Shown: one piece after another, positions 37,901-48,202 of the stretch
How positions within the stretch are numbered: position 1 is the stretch's first letter
How the letters are laid out: each line of letters starts with the position of its first letter
From: Camelus dromedarius
Taxonomy: Eukaryota
NCBI RefSeq assembly: GCF_036321535.1
Contig: NC_087449.1
Span: 25,172,001 to 25,236,000 of the forward strand
Length of the DNA stretch: 64,000 nucleotides
Direction of reading: 5' to 3'
The notes under the pieces: model-generated
The model's database searches: none
Seen by the model: only the letters and a program-made list of their open reading frames with translations
Told to the model about the DNA's origin: nothing
Made by a program: the position numbers and the translations under genes

Positions 37901-38355
37901 CAGTGTTGGAGAGAGCTGACCTTGGCCAGGGCTGAGGCAAATACCCCCCCCTCACCTTGGAAGGGGCAGCAGGGACTGCTAGACCTTTTTGGTAATTAAA
38001 GTGTGTTCTCCCCCTGCACCCAGAAACCTGCCCCACGCTCCACTCCCCAGCACTGAGCACCTTCATGGTGCATAGAGATGTTGCACCAAACTCTGGGTGC
38101 TCGTGAGAATGAGATAGGAATATGAACTGTTCTTCCCCTAGCGAAAAGCAAGTCCACAAAACGGCCAGCAAATTCAGAAGAAAACAAACAAAAAACGCAT
38201 AGTAAGAACAGGCTGCCTATTCTGAAAAGTTAATTCACCATATAGGAAACATAAGTACATAATAAACATATGAAACAATGGCAGTCACAAGCCAAGAAAA
38301 TGCAAATCAAAACAAGCTTTTTTCCTTTCTGGAGATTACGGGGAATTTGATTTAC

Positions 38356-39340
38356 TGTGGCGCAGCCTCGCAGGGAGACAGGGTAAGAGTGCCGGGACTG
38401 GAGACCTACGAACACAGCCAAATTCAACTGACGACTCACTCCATGTATTGCACACAATCACACAACACAACTTAGTCAAGCAAGTAGGAGAAAAGGTGGG
38501 TAAGGAACCACTCTGAAGAGGGATCTGGAAGGAGGTGGCCCAACAGGAGCGGTGCCCACCGCTGCCTCCTTCCCGCAAAGGGTCTCAGGACTAGAGTGAG
38601 CAGGACGTCACCGTCAGCTCTGACAGAGCCTCCAACAGCGTGGGCTCGGTCCCATGGCGACCTAGAGGCTTGGAGATGCTCAGCTCAGTGGTCTCATTGT
38701 AAGTAGCCTCCAGTAGGGTGTACCAGTTAAGCTCCGGGGGGTCTAATCTCTATCAGTTGCTCTTGTTCCAGTGAAGTCTTTCCTTGGACCTTACCAAAAA
38801 AATCCTTACCCATATTAACCCTCTTAATATATCACACTTAAACATTCACAATCGAACATCAGATGTTTAAAAACAGTCATCATGGAGGCTCACACTAACC
38901 ACTGTGACTCCATTTTGAACTACTTAACGTAGACTAAAGTCAGACAAATGGGTAGGAATCACATGACTAAAAGTCACATTAAAACATTCGCCACCTCCCC
39001 ACACCCTCCACCCCCTTCCCCGGCAATACCCTGGGTGTACGAATTGGGTTTCTCACCCTTCCTATCTGATTCCCGTCCCCAAAGGTCACCCTCCTGTTGT
39101 GTATTGTTAGAGTAAGTTCCTTAAAACACAGATCAGCACTCATCACCGCACTGATTAAAAGCCTCTGGGGTCTTCCTTCTCTAAACCTCTTTTGATGGCC
39201 AGCCAAGCCTGCCCTGAAACTTGCCAAGTCTGCTCCAGTCTTGGTGTTTAAAGCTTGCTTCCCACCTTGATTAGGGATTCTGAACCCAGAGTGGATAGAA
39301 TTTCCGGGAGTGTAGGATATTGGGTGGCAAAGTGACCACA
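38356..39340 (-). mobile_element. LTR (38356-38755) + PPT + internal fragment, copy A
   Basis: Minus strand TGATAGAG...GCGCCACA, preceded by purine tract GGAACAAGAGCAAC. Internal sequence homologous to copy B. Confidence 0.6.
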
Positions 39341-39751
39341 TGTGTTTTCATTCATATCTGGATGGAATTCAGCATGAAACAGTTATCAAAATCATACATT
39401 TGAGATACAGACTATGTGAACTTCTTAACCTACTATTTAGCAAAATTGAGTGGCAGTTCTAAAGTAGTTTTTAATTTTACTTCAGAATGTAAAATTGTGT
39501 CTCCTGATACCTGCAACCACTGTAACGTGACATGAAAATACCTGATTTCTAGTGGTGACAACCCGTGAATTCTGCTCATAATATCAGACTAGCAAAGCGC
39601 CAGGTTAAGGATGCCCACCTTAGTTTATCTGCTGCAAGACTCATTCCTCATCTGTCCAGTTCCCCTGATTCACTCTAGACGATCTGTGCTCCCACACCTG
39701 CCTTCCACGTCTCCAGTTACCAAGCCACTCAACTACCAAGTCTTAGCTGCT

Positions 39752-40198
39752 GGTAAAGAGAAAAACCACCGGCCCAAAATGGCATCACTTATACTAAAGC
39801 CCAGGACATCAAACCTAGACTTAATACTTGACTTACAGTTTCCAACTTCCCAGAAATGTAATCTTAACCAACAAGTTTGGAATTTTCTGGTCAGCACCAA
39901 AGAGGTGATCCATCCCGTGGATCACCTCCATCCCCGTCCCCTAGAGGAAGAAGCAATCTTCATGACAAAACTCCTGCCATTCCGTTTCCCCCAAAAGACA
40001 TCCTCGCCTAAAAACAATCCTTTCTTTTCTTTCCCTAATGGTCCCCCTGGCCCTATTTTCCTTCCTATAAAACCTCCCATCTGATTCAACAGCTCTGAGC
40101 CCTTCTGGTTGCTAGACATGAGGCTGCCCAGTTCATAAACTGCCTAATAAACCCAAATTGATCTTCAAATTTACTTGGTGGAATTTTGCTTTTTAACA
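39752..40198 (+). mobile_element. ERV1 solo LTR (MER39/MER4-group-like)
   Basis: TATA (cctataaaacc), aataaacccaaattgatcttcaaatttac, ends ttttaaca. Confidence 0.7.
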
Positions 40199-41344
40199 AC
40201 TGCTCACCTGCTGGGGGGTCCTTGTCCTGGAAGGAGGATATGTTCTCTGCAGAGCAGGACTCAGTCACCTGTGCAGCTGCGTCTCAGTGCCTAGAGTTCA
40301 AGCAAAGCCCATGGTACAGATTTCAAAGTTCAAGGTTTAGTACACAGAAAAGTACATTTTGTACACAGGGGAAGAAAAAGTTACTTTTCTAGCTACATGT
40401 TTGCTTAAATCTATATGAATATAGCAGTAAACATATTATTCATTTTGTTGTTTGAAAAAGAATTCAATCCATTTTTCTAACAACGAAGCTAGCTACTTCC
40501 ACATCTATCTCCCAGTCAGAAATACTCTGAAGAAACAGGCTGGAGATGAAGCTCAAGGCCTCCCATCGAGGAAGTGGAGGAGACAGAGGGAAAGCCCTGG
40601 TCCTCCAGGCTCCGAAGCTCTTGCTTACACCATCGCTTGCAAAAGACCTTGTAAATTTCACCTCGCAGCCCTGTTTTTAAAGCTAGTGCTTAAGCACTTC
40701 CTCATTTCCTCCTGGACTTCATTGTCTCCTCATGGCACTACTATTTTAATGTCCTCATTCTGGGGTAGAGGATGCTTTAGGAAGGTGCCTGTCTCACAAG
40801 CTGGTGAGAGACAGAGCAGGTTCAAATTTAGAGGGGCCTAGGGCAGCCCCTAACCCCACGTCCCGTGCTTCGGCCAGCCTTACCTGCGGAGATGATCCAG
40901 CAAGAGGACTCAGCCCCGAGCCAACTGAGGAAGGAGGCCGGAGGACTGATCAATTGTTTGCTGGCTCCTCCCCTCCTCTCAAGGAGTTTGCAAATTCCTA
41001 AGCACAACACCTTTGCCATCCACGGCCCCCCCACCGCCCCCACTCCCCCTGTAGCCTCACCAGGCAGGCCTCATCCAGTCCTGAAGCCACTGCCGACTTC
41101 CAATCGCTGGACCCCTGAGCTCCAGCTCCAGCTCTGATTCCTCTGCGTCTCTGGATGAGCCCGCCCCACCCCGACCCCACCATCTGGACTCGAGGCTTTC
41201 CATGCAATAAAGGCACCACTAACTGCCAAGTTATTCAGCCATAAGCCCAGGGGTCAACCTAGATTCTGCTCTTTTCTTTAATCCCCGTGTTTATCCATCC
41301 CCAAGCCCTTTGAGTTTGTCCACTTCTTTCTCTCTCCATGGTTC

Positions 41345-41838
41345 TGTAACTGAGCAGGACTGTATGGTGTCTTCCAAGGACAAACTCTCCCGCCACGTCC
41401 TCTGCTTTAGCTCCTCTCTGAAGTACCTAGATCGTAGTATTAGATGCACATCTCCTGAGTTGTTTTACAGACACTAAAACCCCCTCCAGGTGGAAGAAAT
41501 TAACTACCTGACGACCATGAGCACAGAGCCCTCAGACCTACTGGAGCTTGAGGACTGATAATGTTAACCCCGTGACACAACCCTGTTATCTCACTATCAG
41601 CCAATCAGAGAATTATGCACAAGCTGATCGCATACCCTGGGACTTCCCTCCCTCACCCCGCCTTTAAAAATGTTTTCCTGAAACCCATCAGGAGTTCTGG
41701 TGTTTTGAGCACTAGCTGCCCTGGACTCCTTGCTGGGCGCCCTGCAATAAACGGTGCACTTTCCTTCACCACAGCCTGGTGTCAGTAGACTGGCTTTACT
41801 GTGTGTGGGCGAACAGACCCGAGTTTGGTTCGGTAACA
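41345..41838 (+). mobile_element. Complete MER41-like ERV1 solo LTR
   Basis: TGTAAC...GGTAACA, with CCAAT, tttaaaa and gcaataaac. 4-bp flanks gttc/gctc form a TSD with one mismatch. Confidence 0.85.
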
Positions 41839-41850
41839 GCTCCCAGTGCT

Positions 41851-42900
41851 TGTCGCGGGGCCCAGCAGTGAGGGCAGGCAAGAATCACGGCATTGGAGAC
41901 AGACGAAACACAGCCAGTGTTCAGTTCACCAGTCACTTGGTTTGCTGCATACAATTCGCACGCAAGACAGGTTAGTGAAAGTTGGGAAAATAGAAAAGGG
42001 GATAAGGAACCACTCCAAGGAGAAGTCGGGGCAGCACTGGTCTCCCGCTAGCAATGGTGAGTGGGCAGTCGCCCTCTGCCCCGATAGGGTCTCTGACCTC
42101 GTCCCTCTGGAAAGGCTCTCAGCAAGTGGTGTTAAGTGATCAGCGAAAAGTCTTATTTTAAGGAGTAACATTTACCCCAGGGGAGGAGGCTTGACTCCTA
42201 TCAGTTGCCTCTTCTGTTCCAGTGACTTACATCACCCATCACACTTCTCTTGGTTTATCCCTCTAAGACACAGTCCCACAGCGGATGGTTCAAGACCACA
42301 AATGTGGAAGTTCCCATTGGCCACTGTGACTCCATTTGGAACTACTTTACATGTCTTAACATAGCTTAAATCCTGTAAGTTTCACAGACGATGAGTAAGA
42401 ATCATAACACAAGAAATCACATCACAACATCATTTATAACTAATACTTGAAACGTTTACAACAGTAATGGTACTTAATCTAAGAAGCTCAATTTACATTT
42501 CGTGTTACATCTCAACACATCTTAATAACAGAAGCAGTCAAAATACCTATGGCTAAAACGATCATGTCAAAAACGTATAAATGCTTAGTGTTAGCATGTC
42601 CACATTCAGTTTTGGCTGTAAAGGTCGTCGGCTGCGAAAAAAGAACGTTTGGCTCACTCCATTGGTAGAGCTCTCCCTGCTGAGACGGCTTCTTCTTGGT
42701 ATTTCCTTTGTGATCATATGCATGGAGCTGAGTGGGGAGGTACTCAGGCTAATTCCAAAAAACAAAAAAACAAAAAAAGAGCGCACAGCCGAAAGCTATA
42801 AAGAAGTAGAAAGGTAATGCACCTGCCCAATATTTTTGAGGCCAATCATTTAAGACTAAGTAGTTTAGCCACGACTCAGGAATAAAAGCCTGCACGCGAC
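41851..42900 (-). mobile_element. LTR (41851-42203) + PPT + internal fragment, copy B (distal end approximate)
   Basis: Minus strand TGATAGGAG...CCCCGCGACA, preceded by GGAACAGAAGAGGCAAC. Shares ccactgtgactccattt and taaggaaccactc with copy A. Confidence 0.6.
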
Positions 42901-43658
42901 ATAGTGTGATGCCAGAGTGGGAAGTTAAGAAAAGAACAGAGTGTTTACGGATTGCCCTTTCTGGTGACAGCCAACGGTGATTTTTCTACCATTGTCCTTG
43001 TGACTTGGCACATTCTCAGTGTCGCGTCTGTGCAAGAAGGTGAGAGAGGACAAACTGAGGGAAAGATCATGGCGCCATGGCTCCCAGCCCGCACTCTGTG
43101 GCTCTTGAATAGTTTTAAGAGACTCAGTTCCCAGGGTCTCAGCTGCCATGTGTATCTAAAGCTGATCTCCCTGAGAAGGCGACTGGGCTATGGCCTTCCC
43201 ACGTCTATTTCGCAATCCTTCTTTTCCTGCTTTACAAAATAGTGACTGGATTCACCATGGGAGAATCCCCCATCCCCCACCCCGGGTATAAAAGTCTGGT
43301 GGAGAGTGCCTGCTTCTGAGTGGGAACCTCTCACATGCTCAGCCTGGAGGCTTCCAGGAGAAACGCTGGAAGAGGAGCTGCTTCATCTCACCCAGGCAAC
43401 AAGCCTCTCCACCCACCCACCCACCCACACATCCATCCCTTCATTCATCCACATACCCTCCCCTCTCGTCCTCCCTCCCTCCCTCCCTCTCCCCTCCTTG
43501 TCTCTATTGGACTGAGACTCAGAAGTGGTACAGCTCCGCAGGATGTATGTTAACACCATTACTTGAACTGAAATGTGAAGTCCAAGTTTTTCTGACAGAA
43601 AGTAAGACTCATTTGATGGGACTGGCTTTGCCGCTTAGGTTATAAGGAGCACACTTAC

Positions 43659-43743
43659 CATGAACTGGATGAATTCAATCTGTTTTAGACAAAAAATACA
43701 CTTAATGAGTGTTCAGGATATTAAAAACTCTGGAAAGTATATC
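43659..43743 (-). other. Candidate 85-nt non-coding exon (putative L1TD1 exon 2)
   Basis: Minus strand: tttcaaAG|gatatac...ttcatg|GTAAGT, a perfect donor, ~1.5 kb downstream of the candidate exon 1 donor. An alternative acceptor tttccAG would give a start at 43729. Confidence 0.4.
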
Positions 43744-44449
43744 CTTTGAAATTATTTAAACTTAGGATTCAAAAATTTTAGATGGCAACCTAAAAATGTG
43801 TTTTGTGAGGAAAATGAGTAAAAAGTCTTTGAAAACCACTGTCCCTTCGGCCCCTATCTGGTCCAGAGTGACCCTAGGGAATCACCTTGGAAGCAGATCA
43901 CGAGCCACCAAGGGATTTGGGGCAAACAGGCTTCCCCTTGCGGTGTGCTCCTTGTCTGACTCCGGTCCATCTTTGAATCTGCCCAGCTCTTCAGACATGT
44001 CTGGCCTGTTAGTCTAGAAGATTTTTCCTGGTAACAGTTTGATTATCAAATTGATACCCCTGCCACCTGCCAGGACACCCTAGGCCCGAAAGGGAGAGGC
44101 ATTCCTGGACTTGTAGCATCAGAATGTTAAAGAAACCCAGCTCTGAGGCAGAGCTGAGACACACCCCTCACCTTACTCTGCTTGGGATGCTCTTTGTCAG
44201 CCCAGTTCCATCCTCTTTGTTAGGTTAATCAACTCATTTGTCAAATACTTATTGTGTACCTACTATGTGCTAAGCACTGTTTTTCAAAGTCCTGCTTTGC
44301 TGACCCTCTGCTCCTCTAAGAGGAAGCCTTGTTTGACCCTCTAGCCTGAATTACGAACTCTTCTGAGTCCTAGCATCCTGGGACTCCTGCCATTAAGGCA
44401 CTCATCTCTGTGTGCGGTCAATGTTTTCTTGGAATGCAGTAATGCCCAC

Positions 44450-44690
44450 TCATAAGAAAGCTGGCTCCAGATTCAAACTGTTGAGTTGACACAACACTTT
44501 ACCAGCTGCGTGATCTTCAGTAAGTTAGTTAACCTCTCTGTGCTTCCATTTCTAAAATCTATAAAGTAGGCAAAATAGTACCTACCTCATGGGGTTGGGA
44601 GAACTTGACATAATTCAGTTAAAGTGCTTTTCACATTGCTTAGAACTCAGTAATACAAGCGTCCTGCAATGTTTGCTAAATACATGAAAG
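44450..44690 (-). mobile_element. MIR SINE
   Basis: cttaccagctgcgtgatcttcagtaagttagttaacctctctgtgcttccatttctaaaatctataaagtagg. Confidence 0.7.
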
Positions 44691-45253
44691 CATAGAGAAT
44701 CCAAGTTTACCTCAACATTTGATGCCCATTCTCTCAGATTTTTCCTAGCACTTTCCTACTTACATAAAATATGAATCCTTCACCATCGGTGAACTTTCTT
44801 TCTCTAGGGATTTTAATGAGATTTGAATTAAATATAAAAAACAATTGGAGAGGAGTGATATATTATTCAGGCTTTCTAACAATGGAGATGAAATCCTGTC
44901 AGGCAAATTCCTTAACCTCTTTGTGCCTCCGTTTCCTGTAAGATGAGAAATACTGTGGTCCCTGCCTCACAGGCTGTTGATTAAATGAAGTAAAATAAGC
45001 GAACGCACTCAGAACAGCCCCGTGGTGGAGCGGCCTGTAAGTGCTTGCTGTTAATATTGTTGGTATCATCATTTATTTTAACTTCTGGCAGTTCTTCCCT
45101 CAGGTCTTATACATTTTCCTTTTTTTTTTAAATTTTTTTTTATTTTGGTGAATATTATTTCTGGGAACTACTTATTTTCATTGCTATTGTGAATGATACC
45201 CTCCCCCCCACCCCCCCGCCCCAATCTACGTCTGGTGCGTGGGAAAGCAGTAC

Positions 45254-45560
45254 CTGATAGCCTACAGCCAGTAGCTGACAGCCCAGCATCTCCTGGGAAA
45301 GACAGACCTTGCAAACAGGCGGACTGAAACACAATACGTGAATTGAAAAGATAAAGGCAAGCCTGGGTTCTCTGAATGGCCGAGAAGGCTGTCCGCCACA
45401 CTTGCGGGGGTGGGCGGAGGCGGGGTGCTGAGCAGGGTTTCTTGGAAGCTGTAACAGGCGGCTGGGTCTTGGAGGACAAGGCCTTCTGCACACGCTGTGG
45501 GAGCTGTGCTCCCTTGGATACATACGTAGGCGGGGCCCCGGGGTGGGCTCCGCCCCCAGC
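45254..45560 (-). promoter_or_regulatory. CpG/GC-box promoter plus candidate non-coding first exon (putative L1TD1 5' end)
   Basis: Local CpG enrichment, GC boxes GGCGGGG (45529-45535) and CTCCGCCCCC (45548-45557), and a minus-strand donor CAG|GTACTG with exon end at 45254. Assignment to L1TD1 rests on synteny and orientation only. Confidence 0.45.
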
Positions 45561-46046
45561 TCCCGCTGACGCTGGGACTCAAAGTGGGAGGAAAAGAAGA
45601 GAGCAGGCTGGGGAGTCGGTTTATGCTGCTCTACCTGCCCTGGGCCTAGAGACCCTCTCCCTTTGCTTTTCACGCTTGTTGTTCCTGAATTTCACAGAGA
45701 TCCACCCTATCCTAACAGCTGGCCCTGACTTTGCAGCCAAGGTAAAACAAGGGGCTGGTGAGGGCTTCCCTTTGGGGTGTGGTGCTGTCCTAGCCCGAGG
45801 GACGTATCCTAACCCACTAATCTTTCTCTACAGAAGAGTGGTTTCTATGGAGAAAGGATGCCTAATCCCACCCCACAATGAAGAGTCTAGTTTTCACTTC
45901 CAGGTGAGGATGCCCTCCCGGGCTTATGTAATACGATGTTTAAGCAATTTCTTTTGAACCAAGATTTCATTCTGAGGCCGTGGATCAGGTAAATGGAAAA
46001 CCTGCGCCATCTTTTGGCCATGAGTGTGAGTAGCTGTCTTAGACGC

Positions 46047-46170
46047 TTTTTTTTTTTAATTGAAGCATCGTTGATGTACAATATTGTATGTTACAGGTGT
46101 ACAGTAGAGTGGTTCACAATTTTTAAAGTTTATACTCTCTTTATAGTTCTTTTTATATTAAATACAAGTT
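46047..46170 (-). mobile_element. Short L1 3' end
   Basis: ttttttttttaattgaagcatcgttgatgtacaatattgtatgttacaggtgtacagtagagtggttcacaatttttaaag. Confidence 0.8.
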
Positions 46171-47753
46171 TTTTTCTTCTTTCCTAGTTGCCAAACCTGA
46201 GGCTTTGTAAACTGCAGCGTATACTCAGTGAAGACTCACCTGAGGAAGTATGTGAAAAGGCAGACTCTAATTCCTAAGTGTGCACCTGCCTGCGCTGGGA
46301 TCTTGATGTAAACTGTTCATGGGCCACACTCTTGAGAAACATGAAAAATGATGGAATGAATGCCAAAATGTAAAATTAATACTGAGTTTAAAAATCATTT
46401 TATAATCAAAAAAGAAACCACTTGTCCATTAAAGTGTAAAAGACTGGAAAGTACAAAAATACTAGAGATGAAAATTAAAATCACACATAATCCCAGAAAA
46501 AAAGCACCATATTATAATCTTGTTTTTGTGTCTTTTTAGTTTTGTACCCCTGGTACAAAAATTTCTTTGACAATACATCTTGAACAAGCTACATCATTTT
46601 CCACTAGGTAGCTCTGTGCCGCGCTGTATTTAACTGTTCCCACGTGGGTTATGGGAGACTTTAGGTTGCTTTCACTACTATAAATCACAGTATGTATTGG
46701 GATGACCATCCATTTATATTAATCTTTGTGTACAATTTTGGTTATTTCCTTAGGGAATAACACAAATGACCATGGTACAGACTGATTCTTGATAACATTG
46801 CCAGCTTATTGTTTCCTGATTTAATACATTAGTCAGAATGTTCAAAACATGAAATTGCATAAATGAAGGAGGTCAATTTCTCTACAGACATGACAGTCTG
46901 TAATTAGAATCATAAAGACTTCCCTTCCAAATGTTTAATGAAATTTTACAATCCAAGAGATGCTTCCTCTCCAGGAATACTTTCTTATTCCTGTTGTTTT
47001 TCCTTTCTCCTTTTCTCAAGTTAAAAAAAAATCTTGAATTTTGATGATCTGTTATTCATTATTAGCCTAATTTTAATGAAGAGTCTGGAAGAATAAGAGT
47101 ATGGTGAGAAAAAGAAATATATATTTTTCATAATTGAATGTTATGTAATATACCAAGGTAAGTCCAATTTTATTGAGCACTGCACTGACTTGGCCGGGCA
47201 CTGTGTTAGACCTTGTGGGTATGAACTGAGTGATGATCTAATTTAATTCATGACCTAGAGAGTGACATGGGTATGAAAATAATTACAAAAAGCAGTGATG
47301 TATGCACTAATAAAGCAATGCACAAGGTACAGATATAGTAATAATAGCTAATTTTACTATGTGCCAAGCACTGCTCTGATTTCACATCTATGTTAATTCA
47401 TTTTAGCATCCTGTGTTATGTTATCCCATGAAGTAGGTATCACTCTTACCATCATCATCCCCACTTTACAGATGAGGTTACTAAGGCAAAGTAACTTGCC
47501 CAAAGTTCTAAGAGCCAAGATTTGAACCTTGGTGTCCTGTTACAGAGTTCACGCATATAACCACTAAAAAGTGTCTCTTTGTCATACTAAGGAGGGAAGG
47601 ATTATAACTCTGGAGGATTAAGAAGGATTTTTAAAAATTAATACTGTCAGCTAAGGTTAATTGAGCAACTACTACATGAGAAGCAATGTGCAAAGAGCTG
47701 GCTGGATATACAGTGGTGAAAAAGATAGTCATGGTCCCTCTCTTCATGATATT

Positions 47754-48202
47754 TGTGCCAACTTAAAAACACACAACATAAGAGTTGCGAATTTCAGCTT
47801 TATTCTGGGACATTACTGAGGACTGTAGCCTCGGAATTGGCCCCTCAGATAGCTCTGAGGAACTGCTCCAAGGAGGTTGGTGGAGAGGCCAGTATAAATC
47901 TGATTTTGGCTAGGGAACATGTGCCATTGTGCATCCATCTTGGCAAAAAGTTACTGCTAGTCACGAGGGACAGGTGTCTCAGATAATGATTTTAGTGCTT
48001 TTGTATGTATGGGGAGATACAAGAATTCATTAAAATGTCATAAAAAAATTTTTCCTGAAATATAGCTTTCTAAGGGCTTGTTTCCAAAGCCCAGAGTGCC
48101 TCATCCTGTTCTTCGCCCTGAACCCCTGCTGGTCAGCAACTGCAGTGGCTCATGACTTGATCCTTGTAGAACTGGAGAGTGGGCAACATTCTTTGTTTTA
48201 CA
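47754..48202 (-). mobile_element. ERV1 solo LTR (cetartiodactyl type)
   Basis: Minus strand starts TGTAAAACAAAGAATGTTGCC. Poly(A) signal appears as ctttattc near 47796. Confidence 0.75.

Noticed and set aside
44760-44830. Short minus-strand stretch (ccctagagaaagaaagttcaccgatggtgaagga) vaguely like L1TD1 coding sequence
   Set aside because: Only ~30 nt of loose similarity, no extension on either side, and it lies in the presumed first intron rather than downstream of exon 2.
45155-45957. 172-aa (-) and 193-aa (+) ORFs over the CpG promoter
   Set aside because: Expected by chance in GC-rich promoter DNA. They cross the candidate splice donor and show no homology.
46840-46870. OCT4-SOX2 composite motif upstream of the candidate promoter (CATTTATGCAATT on -)
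   Set aside because: The octamer has a mismatch and the SOX half is not canonical. Too weak to call without ChIP or conservation data.
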